Origin: Gemmatimonadaceae bacterium
GTDB lineage: Bacteria; Gemmatimonadota; Gemmatimonadetes; Gemmatimonadales; Gemmatimonadaceae
DNA length: 38,610 bases
Assembly: GCA_040003335.1 (NCBI GenBank)
Contig: JBDUCS010000001.1
Span: forward strand, 1-38,610
Reading direction: 5' to 3'
The position numbers and the translations under genes were made by a program. Below, in pieces: positions 7,795 to 17,318 of the stretch (its first letter is position 1; each line of letters starts with the position of its first letter). The notes below the pieces were generated by a model. That model saw only the letters and a list, made by a program, of their open reading frames with translations, was not told the DNA's origin and made no database searches.

Positions 7795-10362
7795 CTAGGG
7801 TGCGCGCAGTTGAACCTCGACACCGACCTTCCACCCCAGACGCACGTTGCCGCGCGTGGCCAGCAGCACCGACTCGAGCTGTGACACGCTCATGATCGGC
7901 GTGCCGTCGATCGAGGTGAGGCTGGCACCCCGCTTCACACCGGCGCGGCCCGCATCACCGCGGGCATCGACGTCGCCCACCCGCACGGCGCCGGATGCGG
8001 TGTTCTGGAGCGTGACGCCCCACGCGCCGATGCGCACCGGGCGTCCCTCCGGCTCCTCACCGAAGATGCCCTTGTAGCTCACGCCCTCGGGAAGCTCGAC
8101 GGGCTGCACGATCCGAACCGGCATGCCGTTGCCGACGACCCGCGATTCGTCGACGGCGACGAACGAGGTGTACTGGCTCACGAGATGGTGCTCGACCGCC
8201 AGCGCGGTGATGTCCTGCGCCAGGCGGCGCGACGACGACGAATCGGCGGTGAGCATCGCCGTCGACAAGTCGGCGATCCGCGAGCGCGCCCACACGGGCC
8301 CGAGCGCGGCGTGCAGCGGCTCGCTCTCCGGCAGGTCGACGCGCACCGCGACGCGCACGCGCCGCGCGCCGATGCGGCCCGTCACGTACGCGGTGCCCTT
8401 CGCCGCGCGCGTGAAGCGGCCGATGACGTTGATCGTTTGGCCGGCGAAGAGGTCACCGAGCTTCGACGGATACACGTTCTCGACCGGCAGCCCGTTCCAA
8501 TCCATCGCGATGTCGACGAGGACGGGCGAATCGATCGCCGTGAACAGGCGCTCGACGCCGGTCGTGACCGACGCCGAGTCGCGCGGGAGCACGATGTGCG
8601 TCGCGCCGCCGCCCTGCTCGCCGATCCCGTCCATCAGGTAGCGGTTCACGCTCGAGCCGATGCCGAATCCAAAGAAGCGAGCCGAGCCGCGCTCCTCCTT
8701 CACCGCCTTGAGGACCTCGGCGTCGTTGCCGATGTAGCCGTCGGTGCAGAAGACGAACATCTGCAAGTAGCGCGGATCGTGATGCGCCTGCAACGCGCGC
8801 CGCAGCCCGGCGAGCATCTCCGTGCCGCCGCCGCCCTGAATGTTGTCCAGCCACTTCTTCGCTGCCGACACGTTCGCCGGCGTGTTCGCCTGCGCGCGCT
8901 CGAACAGCTGGCCGTTGCCGCTCTCGAAGTAGACGAGGTTGAACATGTCGTCCGGCCGTAGCCGGTCGAGCGTCTGCCGCACGACATTCTTCGCGATGTC
9001 CAGCGGAAAGCCTGACATGCTTCCCGAGATGTCGAGGAGGAACGTCACCTCGCGCGGCGTCACCTGCTCGTCGCGCGGCGCCAGCGGCGGCTGCATCGTC
9101 AGCGTGAAATAGCCGCCGTCCTTCGCCCGGTGAGCGAGGACGCCGAACTGCGTCTCGGCGCCGGCGACCGACCAGCGCAGCACGAAGTCGCGATTCGGAA
9201 TCGAGTCGTTCGACGCGAGATGGATCGACCGGCGCGACGCCGACATCTCCTGGGCGTCGATGCGGTGCGTGGGCACGGCGAACTTCGTGATCGGCAGGCC
9301 GGCGTCGAGCGTGACGGTGAGACCGATGTCGTGGCCGCTGCGCTGGCCCGGCTTGAGTACGGGCGGCGACGGATTGGCCGGATGCGCGGCGGCGCCGCCG
9401 CTCCCCGTGAAGATCACGGGCGACGAGCCGCCCGGCATGTAGCGCGGACCGACCACCATCGGAAACGTCCACTCGTACTCGCCGTGCGCGTAGTCGAGGC
9501 GCTCGAAGTACGTGATCGCGATCGTGACCGTGCCACCCGGCTCGATGTTCGCGACCTGCTGGTTGAAGATGTTCGGACGCTCCTGCGTCATCAGGCTCGC
9601 CGTCTGGCCGCGCGCGACCGCCTCGCGGTAGATCTGCTCGGCCTCCGCCTTCGGCCGCACGATGCCGACGATCTTTCGCGTGCCGATCTGCATCACGAAG
9701 TCGTTCACGGCCGACATGGCCGGAAGGGGGAAGGTGTACACCGCCTCGATCGGCTCGCTGAACGAGTTCTCGTACCGCTGCTCGACCGTCGTGCGCGCGA
9801 GATAGCCGCTGATGTCCGCGCTCACCTCGGTGTGCTTGAGCGGAAACTCGCCGACCAGGTCGCCCTTGCGATTCCTCGCGCGGAGGGTGCCCTGCGTCAC
9901 GGGGATCGCGGCGGCCGCGGCATTGAGCGCGTCGATTTCGCCGTCGCGAGCCTCCTTCATCGCCTTGGCGCGCGCGCGGATCGGCACGTTCGCGTAGCTC
10001 TGCGACACGTCGCCGCGCGATTTGCCCTCCAGCTTTTCCAGGACGACGAGCTCGTTGGCGCGGACGATCGTCGCTTCGTCGAGGTGCATCGCGCCAATCG
10101 TCGCGCCGCCGACGCCGGTCGCCACTTCCTGCCGTCGGTACGCGAACGTCGGCACGGGCGGCGTCACGGGCTTGCCGGCGGGCTCGGTCACCTGCGCCGT
10201 CAGCACGGGCGTGCGCGCCGCTCCGACCTGTCCGGAATCCGCGGAGACGACCTTTACGTTCGTGCTCGGTACCGCGGCGACCGTATCCGGCGACCGTGCT
10301 CCGTTGCAGGCACTCCCAATCACCAGCGCCACGATCGCGCCGAAAGTGAATCCACGCCGCAT
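7795..10362 (-). CDS. VIT domain / von Willebrand factor A domain lipoprotein with C-terminal PDZ-like domain
   Basis: 855-aa ORF with lipobox VIGSAC. VIT-like block: EVSADISGYLARTTVEQRYEN...VYTFPLP. vWA MIDAS: FLLDISGSMSG. C-terminal VRVGDVDARGDAGRAGVKRGASLTSIDGTPIMSVSQLESVL looks like a PDZ domain. Confidence 0.85.
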   Translation of the reverse strand: MRRGFTFGAIVALVIGSACNGARSPDTVAAVPSTNVKVVSADSGQVGAARTPVLTAQVTEPAGKPVTPPVPTFAYRRQEVATGVGGATIGAMHLDEATIVRANELVVLEKLEGKSRGDVSQSYANVPIRARAKAMKEARDGEIDALNAAAAAIPVTQGTLRARNRKGDLVGEFPLKHTEVSADISGYLARTTVEQRYENSFSEPIEAVYTFPLPAMSAVNDFVMQIGTRKIVGIVRPKAEAEQIYREAVARGQTASLMTQERPNIFNQQVANIEPGGTVTIAITYFERLDYAHGEYEWTFPMVVGPRYMPGGSSPVIFTGSGGAAAHPANPSPPVLKPGQRSGHDIGLTVTLDAGLPITKFAVPTHRIDAQEMSASRRSIHLASNDSIPNRDFVLRWSVAGAETQFGVLAHRAKDGGYFTLTMQPPLAPRDEQVTPREVTFLLDISGSMSGFPLDIAKNVVRQTLDRLRPDDMFNLVYFESGNGQLFERAQANTPANVSAAKKWLDNIQGGGGTEMLAGLRRALQAHHDPRYLQMFVFCTDGYIGNDAEVLKAVKEERGSARFFGFGIGSSVNRYLMDGIGEQGGGATHIVLPRDSASVTTGVERLFTAIDSPVLVDIAMDWNGLPVENVYPSKLGDLFAGQTINVIGRFTRAAKGTAYVTGRIGARRVRVAVRVDLPESEPLHAALGPVWARSRIADLSTAMLTADSSSSRRLAQDITALAVEHHLVSQYTSFVAVDESRVVGNGMPVRIVQPVELPEGVSYKGIFGEEPEGRPVRIGAWGVTLQNTASGAVRVGDVDARGDAGRAGVKRGASLTSIDGTPIMSVSQLESVLLATRGNVRLGWKVGVEVQLRAP

Positions 10363-10506
10363 GCCGACCTCCTCCCGCGCGATCGCGCGGCATCGAGCGC
10401 GCGCTCGCGTCGGGCCTCGCGCCCGGCGCAGTTGCGCACGTCACACGCGATGGGACGCCGGCACACGACGAACTTGCACACGCAGGGCGTGTGAGAGAGC
10501 GAGTTC

Positions 10507-10534
10507 CGGCACCTGGCACCCGGCATCCGGCACC
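10507..10534 (+). repeat. Heptanucleotide tandem repeat, four units (cggcacc tggcacc cggcatc cggcacc)
   Basis: Read directly. It ends 14 nt upstream of the ATG at 10549, in a leader without a Shine-Dalgarno. Confidence 0.75.
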
Positions 10535-10548
10535 CATACGTTCGCCCC

Positions 10549-10956
10549 ATGTCCACCCTCGCGCCGGTGCGCGCGCACTTCCGCGCAATCGCCGCGACGA
10601 TCGTCGCCGACGCCGCCGCGCTCGACGCGGCCGGGTGGCGTGACGTCGAAGCGATCATCGACGAAGCGCTCGAGGCACGGCCGGCGGCGGTGCGACGGCA
10701 GCTGCGCGCGTTCATTCGCGCGCTCGCGATCCTCCCGGTGCTGCGCTACGGCCGCACCTTCGCGTCGCTGGATCCCGCGCGGCGCGCACGCGTGCTCGGT
10801 GCGGTCGAGAGCGCGCCGGCGCTCCTGCTGCGCCGCGGTTTCTGGGGCCTGCGCACGCTCGTGTACATGGGCTATTACGCGCGCCCCGCCGGCGCCGCGG
10901 CGATCGGCTATCGCGCCTCGCTCCGCGGCTGGCACGACCGGCGGAGCGCTCCATGA
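10549..10956 (+). CDS. Small subunit partner of GMC oxidoreductase (gluconate 2-dehydrogenase subunit 3-like)
   Basis: 135-aa ORF whose TGA overlaps the GMC gene ATG (ATGA at 10953..10956). Product assigned mainly from the conserved small-subunit plus GMC gene pairing. Confidence 0.65.
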   Translation: MSTLAPVRAHFRAIAATIVADAAALDAAGWRDVEAIIDEALEARPAAVRRQLRAFIRALAILPVLRYGRTFASLDPARRARVLGAVESAPALLLRRGFWGLRTLVYMGYYARPAGAAAIGYRASLRGWHDRRSAP

Positions 10957-12497
10957 CGACGGAGCGCGACTACGACGTCGTCATCATCGGATCCGGTGCC
11001 GGCGGCGGCACCGTCGCGCAGGCCCTGGGCTCGCTCGCCCGCGCCGGCAAGCGCGTGCTGGTGCTCGAGCAGGGCGCGCGCCTGCGCGACGATGAGTTCG
11101 ACGGCACCGAGCTCGGCATGGCGGGGTCGCTCTACGAGAATGCCGGCGGTTTTCTCACCGCCGATGGCACGATGACGCTCGCGTTCGGGCGCGCCTACGG
11201 CGGATCGACGCTCGTCTATACCGGCACCTCGCTCGTCGTGCCCGAGCGGGTGATCCGCGACTGGAACGTGCCTGGCCTCTCGCACGCCGATGTCGCCGCA
11301 CGCTCCGAGAGATACAAGAGCGAGAACGGCGTGCACCTTCTCCCGCCGGAGGAGATCAACGAGAACAACGCCCTCTTCAAGACAGGTTGCGAGCGCGCCG
11401 GTTTTCACGCCGAGCAATTCCCGATCAACGTCCGCGGCTGCCTCGGATCCAGCCTCTGCAATCTCGGCTGCCCGAACGCGGCAAAGCAGGGAACGAATCG
11501 CGTACAGCTGCCGAACGCCGAGCGTGACGGCGTCGAGGTCGTGACGCGCGCGACGGCGCTGCGGTTGGACGAGCGCGCGGTCCGCGTGCGCGTCGCCGAG
11601 AAGCTGCCGGTCGAGAAAGGTGTTCCGTCGGAGTGGGCGCCAGGCGACTATCTCGTGCGCGCCAAGCTCGTCATCGTCGCCGGCGGCTCGGTCGGATCGA
11701 GCGCGCTGCTGCTGCGATCGGGGTTCGGCGCGCGTCTCCCCGCGCTCGGACACGGCTTCACCTGTCATCCGGCGCACATCCTTGTCGGCGAGCACGATCG
11801 GCCGATCACCAACGACGTCGGCCACCCAAAGTCGTTCTATCTCGACCGCGCCGAGCAGGAGGGATTCGTGCTCGAGACGTGCATGTACTTCCCGTTCATC
11901 ACGGCGAAGAATCTCACCGGATTCGGCGAGCCGCACGCGCGTCTGATGCGCGCCTTTCCCAGGCTGCAGATGATCCTCGTGCTCGCCTGCGACTACGCGA
12001 CGCCGGAGAATCGCATCACGGTCGATCGCGCCGGCACCCCCGTCGTCCACTACACCTTCACGCCGCGCGTGATCGAGTCGCTCGCCCGCGCCACCCGTAC
12101 CTCGGCGCGCATCTTCTTCGCGGCCGGCGCGCTGCGCGTTCACGCGCCGAGTGCTGTGCCGCCGCTCATCGAGCGCGACCAAGCCGCGCACATCGACCAG
12201 CTCGTGCGCACCGAGCATTTCATGCCGGGCAAGATCTCCGTCTCGGCGGCGCACCTGATGGGCGGCTGCGGAATGGGCCGCGATGCGGCCGGTTCGGTGA
12301 CCGACGCGTGGGGCCAGGTGCACGGCATTCCCTGGCTCCGCGTCGCCGACTCGAGCCTCTTCCCGAACTCGCTCGAGATCAACCCCTACCTGACGATCAT
12401 GGCGCTGGCAGACCGGGTGGCGGATGGCGTACTGCGCGATGCGGGTGCCTTGCTGAGCACGGAGATGCGCCCGCCGGTGTCGGAATCGGTACTGTGA
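10953..12497 (+). CDS. GMC family FAD-dependent oxidoreductase
   Basis: N-terminal DYDVVIIGSGAGGGTVA (FAD fold). C-terminal HLMGGCGMG......VTD.WGQVHGIPWLRVADSSLFP (GMC C-domain). ggcggag lies 6-7 nt upstream of the ATG. Confidence 0.9.
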   Translation: MTTERDYDVVIIGSGAGGGTVAQALGSLARAGKRVLVLEQGARLRDDEFDGTELGMAGSLYENAGGFLTADGTMTLAFGRAYGGSTLVYTGTSLVVPERVIRDWNVPGLSHADVAARSERYKSENGVHLLPPEEINENNALFKTGCERAGFHAEQFPINVRGCLGSSLCNLGCPNAAKQGTNRVQLPNAERDGVEVVTRATALRLDERAVRVRVAEKLPVEKGVPSEWAPGDYLVRAKLVIVAGGSVGSSALLLRSGFGARLPALGHGFTCHPAHILVGEHDRPITNDVGHPKSFYLDRAEQEGFVLETCMYFPFITAKNLTGFGEPHARLMRAFPRLQMILVLACDYATPENRITVDRAGTPVVHYTFTPRVIESLARATRTSARIFFAAGALRVHAPSAVPPLIERDQAAHIDQLVRTEHFMPGKISVSAAHLMGGCGMGRDAAGSVTDAWGQVHGIPWLRVADSSLFPNSLEINPYLTIMALADRVADGVLRDAGALLSTEMRPPVSESVL

Positions 12498-12747
12498 TCA
12501 AAACGGGCGTGACAGATGTGCGATCGCGACGTCGAGGCCACTTCACATGCCGCCATCGAGTAAACTCCTTTGCCATTCCTTTGGCGTGCTGCTTTCCTTG
12601 ATGGAATTTGGCATCGCCGGCGGCATGGGACGCGCTGCTCGCCCGTTCGGATCGCATCAGGCGTTGCACGAATAGCCACAGACGCCGAGTTGTCCCCACT
12701 CGCAGAGTCCGACGCCCGTCACCCGACGCCCTCTTTCAAGACCGACG

Positions 12748-14478
12748 ATGAGACTGACCGGAGCCCAGATCGTAGTTCGCGCGCTCGAGCACGAAGGTGT
12801 GCGGCTCGCGTTCGGCATTCCGGGCACGCACAACATCGAGCTCTACGACGCGCTGGCGCAGTCGAAGACGGTGCGCCCCGTGCTCGTGACGGACGAGCAG
12901 AGCGCCGGCTTCATGGCCGACGCGGCGTGGCGCGCCAGCGGTGTGCTCGCCTGCGTCAACATCGTGCCGGGTGCCGGCCTCACGCACGCGCTCTCGGGCA
13001 TTGCGGAAGCGTTCATGGATTGCATTCCGATGCTCGTGCTCGGATGCGGCATCCGGCGCGACACCGGCCGCGCGTTCCAGCTGCACGATGTCGACCAGTT
13101 GGCGATGGTCGCGCCGGTGACGAAGGCGGCGTTCCGGCCGGCGAGCGGTTCGGAGATTTACGCGACGATCCGCCGCGCCTGCCGGATCGCGCGCGACGGC
13201 GCGCCCGGACCGGTGATGGTCGAGATCCCGGCCGACCAGTACCTGTTTAAGCACGACGCACGCCTCGACGACGATCACGATCCCCTCCGCGCCGTCACCT
13301 CCGCGAACGCCGAGGAGCTCGACCGCGTCCGCATCCTGCTCAATCGCGCCGAACGTCCGCTTCTCTACGTCGGACTCGGCGCGGCCGGCGCGCGCGAGGA
13401 TCTTGTGCGACTGGCCGAGCGGCTCGAGGCGCCCGTCGCGACGACGTTTCAGGGCAAGGGCGTCTTCCCGGAATCGCATCCGCTCGCGCTCTGGCCGGGC
13501 TTCGGGGACGCCGCACCGCCATTCGTGCGCGCGATCGCCGCCGAAGGCGACGTGACGCTCGCCATCGGCTGCCGCTTCGGCGAGGTAGCGACGGGGAGCT
13601 ACGGCTTGCGCCCGCCCGGTCCGCTGATTCACGTCGACATCGACCAGGGCGTGATCGGCCGGAACTACGAGACGCGGATCGCCGTGCGCTCCGACGGCGG
13701 CGAGTTCGTTCGCGCGATCGTCGAGCGCATCTCGCCGCGGTCGCGCGACGATCCGCTACGCGAGCGGATCCGCGACGGACTGGCCGACGTGAAGAACGGA
13801 TGGCGCGCCGCCGCGAGTGGAACGCGCGTGTCGCCGTATGTGATGATCGAGGCGCTGCAGGCGCGCTTCGGCCAGGACGCGATCTTCACGACCGACAGCG
13901 GCAATGGGACGTTCATCGCGATGGAGGCGCTCCGGCTCGACGCGGCCGGCCACTTCCTCGCGCCGGTTGACTATTCGTGCATGGGATACTCGGTGCCGGC
14001 GGCGATCGGCGCCAAGCTCGCGCGCCCCGCGTCGCCCGTGATCGCGCTCGCCGGCGACGGCGCCTTCTTGATGACCGGCATGGAGCTGCTCACGGCCGCG
14101 CACAACGGCGTGGCCGTGGCCGTGTTCGTGCTGCGCGACCGCGAGCTCGCGCAGATCGCGCAGTTCCAGCGCACGGCGCTCAACACGTCGACGTGCAGCG
14201 TGCTCCCGGACTACAATCTCGCCGCCCTCTCCGCCGGACTCGGCGTCGAGTGCATCGTATTGAACAACGACGCGGAGCTCGACGGCGTGTTATCGACGGT
14301 CGCCGACGTGACGGCCGCCGGCCGCCCGATCGTCGTCGACGTCGCGGTGGATTACTCGACGAAGACTTTTTTCACGAAGGGCGTCATCAAGACGAACTTG
14401 AACCGGCTGCCGTGGCCTGACCGTTTGAGGTTTGTCGGTCGAGCGCTGTCGCGCAAAGCATTTGGCAACGAGCAGTGA
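12748..14478 (+). CDS. Thiamine diphosphate-dependent enzyme (acetolactate synthase large-subunit-like)
   Basis: 576 aa. The N-terminus [32 protein letters not shown] and the ThDP motif [24 protein letters not shown] match this family. Confidence 0.88.
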   Translation: MRLTGAQIVVRALEHEGVRLAFGIPGTHNIELYDALAQSKTVRPVLVTDEQSAGFMADAAWRASGVLACVNIVPGAGLTHALSGIAEAFMDCIPMLVLGCGIRRDTGRAFQLHDVDQLAMVAPVTKAAFRPASGSEIYATIRRACRIARDGAPGPVMVEIPADQYLFKHDARLDDDHDPLRAVTSANAEELDRVRILLNRAERPLLYVGLGAAGAREDLVRLAERLEAPVATTFQGKGVFPESHPLALWPGFGDAAPPFVRAIAAEGDVTLAIGCRFGEVATGSYGLRPPGPLIHVDIDQGVIGRNYETRIAVRSDGGEFVRAIVERISPRSRDDPLRERIRDGLADVKNGWRAAASGTRVSPYVMIEALQARFGQDAIFTTDSGNGTFIAMEALRLDAAGHFLAPVDYSCMGYSVPAAIGAKLARPASPVIALAGDGAFLMTGMELLTAAHNGVAVAVFVLRDRELAQIAQFQRTALNTSTCSVLPDYNLAALSAGLGVECIVLNNDAELDGVLSTVADVTAAGRPIVVDVAVDYSTKTFFTKGVIKTNLNRLPWPDRLRFVGRALSRKAFGNEQ

Positions 14479-14536
14479 GCCGGGTTCACACTTTGCGAGT
14501 TCAGATCTTTCAACTGCGGAACCTGAGATTGCACGT

Positions 14537-15172
14537 ATGAACATCGACTCGATTCGCCGCGACTACGGACGCGCCGTGTTATCAGAACTGCAGGTCAACG
14601 GCGATCCGTTCGCACAATTTGCGGCGTGGATCGGCGAGGCGGTCGCCGCGCATCTGGGTGAGCCGAACGCGATGACGCTCGCGACCGCCGACAGCAGCGG
14701 CGCGCCGTCGGCGCGCATGGTGTTGCTGCGCGGGTTCGACGAGCGCGGCTTCGTCTTCTTTACCGACTATCGTAGCCGCAAAGGGCGCGAGCTCGACGAG
14801 AATCCGCGCGCGGCGCTCGTCTTCTATTGGCCGGAGCTCGAGCGGCAGGTGCGCGTGACGGGTGTCGTGTCACGCGCCACGCGTGACGAAACGGAGACGT
14901 ACTTCACGTCGCGGCCGGTGGGGAGCCGCATCGGCGCCTGGGCATCGCATCAGAGCAGCGTGCTCGCCTCCCGCGAGGAGATCGACGCGAAGTACGCCGA
15001 GCTCGAGCGGCGTTTCGGCGATGGCGACATTCCGGTTCCGCCGCACTGGGGCGGCTATCGCGTCACGCCCTCCGAGATCGAGTTCTGGCAGGGACGGCCG
15101 AGCCGGCTGCACGACCGCGTGCTGTATGCGCGCCGCGTCAACGGCTGGCGTATCGAGCGACTCTCTCCGTGA
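14537..15172 (+). CDS. pdxH: Pyridoxamine 5'-phosphate oxidase
   Basis: ORF 14432..15172 trimmed to the ATG at 14537. Canonical PdxH blocks: [36 protein letters not shown], and the C-terminal [21 protein letters not shown].....W.IERLSP. Confidence 0.92.
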   Translation: MNIDSIRRDYGRAVLSELQVNGDPFAQFAAWIGEAVAAHLGEPNAMTLATADSSGAPSARMVLLRGFDERGFVFFTDYRSRKGRELDENPRAALVFYWPELERQVRVTGVVSRATRDETETYFTSRPVGSRIGAWASHQSSVLASREEIDAKYAELERRFGDGDIPVPPHWGGYRVTPSEIEFWQGRPSRLHDRVLYARRVNGWRIERLSP

Positions 15173-15178
15173 GGTAGG

Positions 15179-15212
15179 GTGTCGCAAGTGGGGTGAGACC
15201 TACTCGCGACAC
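15179..15212. terminator. Weak hairpin between convergent pdxH and the HEAT-like operon end
   Basis: gtgtcgcaag / ctcgcgacac pairs 9 of 10 with a 14-nt loop. No clear U-tract. Confidence 0.3.
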
Positions 15213-15223
15213 GCGGCACCGAT

Positions 15224-16018
15224 TCACCTATCGAGTATCTCGCTGAACAGGGTCAAGGCCCGCGGGTCGTGGCTCTGGCCGAGCCAGAAGAGCGCCTTCG
15301 ATCGCACCTTTGGATTCTTGTTCGAGCGTGCGACTTCGAGAAGCGGCTCGATCCCCTCGCGGTGATGCAGCTGCGACAGCGCGAAGACCGCCGAGCCGGC
15401 AACATCTGTCTGATCGTCGTCGTCGTCGCCATCGCTGGTGAAGATGTCGCCGCCGTTCACCTTCGCCGCCGCCGCGCGGCCGAGCCAGAAGTACGCGGCG
15501 TCGCGCGTCGCGCGGGGGCGCGACGCCGAGTCGCGCGCGATCGCGAACAGTGCCGGCCACGGCGCGGCGCTGTCGGCGAGGATCGCCGGGAGAATCGCCT
15601 TCTCACCGACGCGGCCGAGCGCAGTGCGGGCGAGCGACAACAGGTAGTCTGATGCGGCGCGCGACGGGACAGTGCCCAAGTCGGTGACGTCACTCCGCTG
15701 GTCGCGGTCGGGGCCGACGTACGCGCGCACGTTGTCGACCTCGCCGCCGCGCACGCTCAACACGACGCGCACCGGGCCCGGCGCGCAGTTGGCGCGCCAG
15801 TCGCTGCCATTGAGCGAGCCGTGAAACTCACCGATGTAGCTGTTGCGGCCAGGCGAGATGTACGAGCGGCCGTCGCCGCACACGCCGGCGTGCGCGGCAT
15901 AGCGCAGCTGCACGCTGCCGTCACCGACGGCCTTGACTCTCTGCTCGATCGATTGCGCGGCGAGGGGCGCCGCAGCGAGCGCGATCGCGACGAGCGCGCG
16001 CGTAGGGTGCATGAGCAT
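15224..16018 (-). CDS. Secreted HEAT-like repeat protein (264 aa) with N-terminal two-Cys domain
   Basis: Signal peptide ALVAIALAAAPLAAQS. N-domain contains HAGVCGD ... CAPGPVRV ... VTDLGTVP. Three helical repeats: AAYFWLGR, AVFALSQ, ALFWLGQ. GAGGG lies 7-8 nt upstream of the ATG at 16018. Confidence 0.8.
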   Translation of the reverse strand: MLMHPTRALVAIALAAAPLAAQSIEQRVKAVGDGSVQLRYAAHAGVCGDGRSYISPGRNSYIGEFHGSLNGSDWRANCAPGPVRVVLSVRGGEVDNVRAYVGPDRDQRSDVTDLGTVPSRAASDYLLSLARTALGRVGEKAILPAILADSAAPWPALFAIARDSASRPRATRDAAYFWLGRAAAAKVNGGDIFTSDGDDDDDQTDVAGSAVFALSQLHHREGIEPLLEVARSNKNPKVRSKALFWLGQSHDPRALTLFSEILDR

Positions 16019-16028
16019 CGCGTCGCCC

Positions 16029-17318
16029 TCAGCGAGAGATCAAATCGGTGAGCATCTTCGTCACGCGCGGATCGTCCTTCTGCCCGAGCCAGAAGAGCGC
16101 TTTCTTGCGCATCTCGCGGTTCGCGTCGGTCCTCGCGATCGCCATCAGCTTGTCGACCGCCGCCGATTCGCTGCGCTGCGACAGCACGAAGATCAGGTGG
16201 TCCTTCACCTTTGGCTCCGTCGTCGCATCATAGGTACGCGCGAGGTCGGCGAGCGGCACGCCGCTCTGGCCGGCCCAGAAAAGCGCCTGGTTGCGCGCCT
16301 TGACCGTTTCGCGCTCGTCGGCGCCGACGGACAGCAGCCACCTCATCGCCTTGTCGTCGTGCGTCTGCGAGAGCGAGAAGAAGACGCGATCCTTGAGCGT
16401 CTCGCTGGTGAACCGCTTGTAACTCGACTCGAGGAACGCGACGTCGTCCGATGTCGGATCACCCTGGCTCAGGGCGAAGATCGCCTCACTCTTCACCTTT
16501 TCCGGCGTCGCGTCGGCCTCGATCATCGTGTGCAGCGCCTTCCGCGCCCGCGGGTCGTCGGCTTGGCCGAGCCAGAATGCCGCCTTGCCGCGCAGCGAAA
16601 CGTCGTCGGCGCCGTTCGCGATCTCGATCAGCGTCGTGACGCCGGCGCCGTCGGGCATCTGCGCCAGCGCGCTGACCGCGGCCTCGCGCAGTGATCGGTC
16701 GGCATCACCGGCCTTTGCCATCGCGGCGAGATTCGGCACTGCGGCCGGGCCGCCCGTCACGCCATACCAGAAGACGGCGCGGCGCCGCGTATCGCGCGGA
16801 CGATCGCCGTCGCGCGCCAGACGAAGAAAGCCGGGCGCAACCGTCGCGCTGTCGGCAATCGCCGCGGCGAGCATTGTCTCGCGCGCCGTGCGCGGCAGCT
16901 CGGCGCGGCCGGCCAGCGCGAGCATCGCCTGCGCCGCCTCGTTCGCCGGCACGGTGCCGAGGTCGGTGACGACGTCGCCGGACGACGCCGCGCCCCACGA
17001 GCCACCGACACGCGTGCGCGCCGCCGATAACTGGTGCCCGCTCATCGTCAGCTCGATGCGCGCGGGACCCGGTACGCATTGCACGCCCGACCAGCGGCCG
17101 TACGACTCCATCGACGGATAGATGTAGAGCACGTGCCCCATCGCCACCGTGTTCTTCGCATCGCCGCAGACGCCGGCGTGCGTCGCGTACGTCAGCCGCA
17201 CCACGCCATCGGGCGCCGATAGGATCCGCGACTCGACCGACTGCGCGGCGAGTCGCACGGCGAGAATGGTCATCGCCGCAGAGGCACGCAGCACGCAGTA
17301 CGCAGTGGGATGTCTCAT
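16029..17318 (-). CDS. Secreted HEAT-like repeat protein (429 aa) with N-terminal two-Cys domain
   Basis: ORF 16029..17630 trimmed to the ATG at 17318, which overlaps the upstream TGA (ATGA). The signal-like ASAAMTILAVRLAAQS is followed by HAGVCGD ... CVPGPARI ... VTDLGTVP. About 8 repeats with FW.GQ / FALSQ signatures. An alternative start at 17273 is possible. Confidence 0.8.
   Translation of the reverse strand: MRHPTAYCVLRASAAMTILAVRLAAQSVESRILSAPDGVVRLTYATHAGVCGDAKNTVAMGHVLYIYPSMESYGRWSGVQCVPGPARIELTMSGHQLSAARTRVGGSWGAASSGDVVTDLGTVPANEAAQAMLALAGRAELPRTARETMLAAAIADSATVAPGFLRLARDGDRPRDTRRRAVFWYGVTGGPAAVPNLAAMAKAGDADRSLREAAVSALAQMPDGAGVTTLIEIANGADDVSLRGKAAFWLGQADDPRARKALHTMIEADATPEKVKSEAIFALSQGDPTSDDVAFLESSYKRFTSETLKDRVFFSLSQTHDDKAMRWLLSVGADERETVKARNQALFWAGQSGVPLADLARTYDATTEPKVKDHLIFVLSQRSESAAVDKLMAIARTDANREMRKKALFWLGQKDDPRVTKMLTDLISR

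Noticed and set aside
7795-10362. The vWA protein plus the Ser/Thr kinase as parts of a vWA/kinase/phosphatase ternary or MoxR-type system
   Set aside because: The two genes are 20 kb apart and separated by unrelated operons. No AAA+ MoxR, PP2C phosphatase or FHA gene is adjacent to either.
8453-10588. 711-aa alternative minus frame over the VIT-vWA gene. Similar shadow ORFs lie at 257..1363, 10908..12323, 20170..21273, 18943..19932 and 27108..27707
   Set aside because: All are extremely Arg/Ala/Gly-rich and overlap genes with clear domain signatures in another frame or strand.
12582-12597. Sigma54-like -24/-12 element (tggcgtgctgctttcc) upstream of the ThDP enzyme gene
   Set aside because: The -12 position reads TTTC rather than TTGC, spacing is only approximate, and no enhancer-binding protein gene is nearby.
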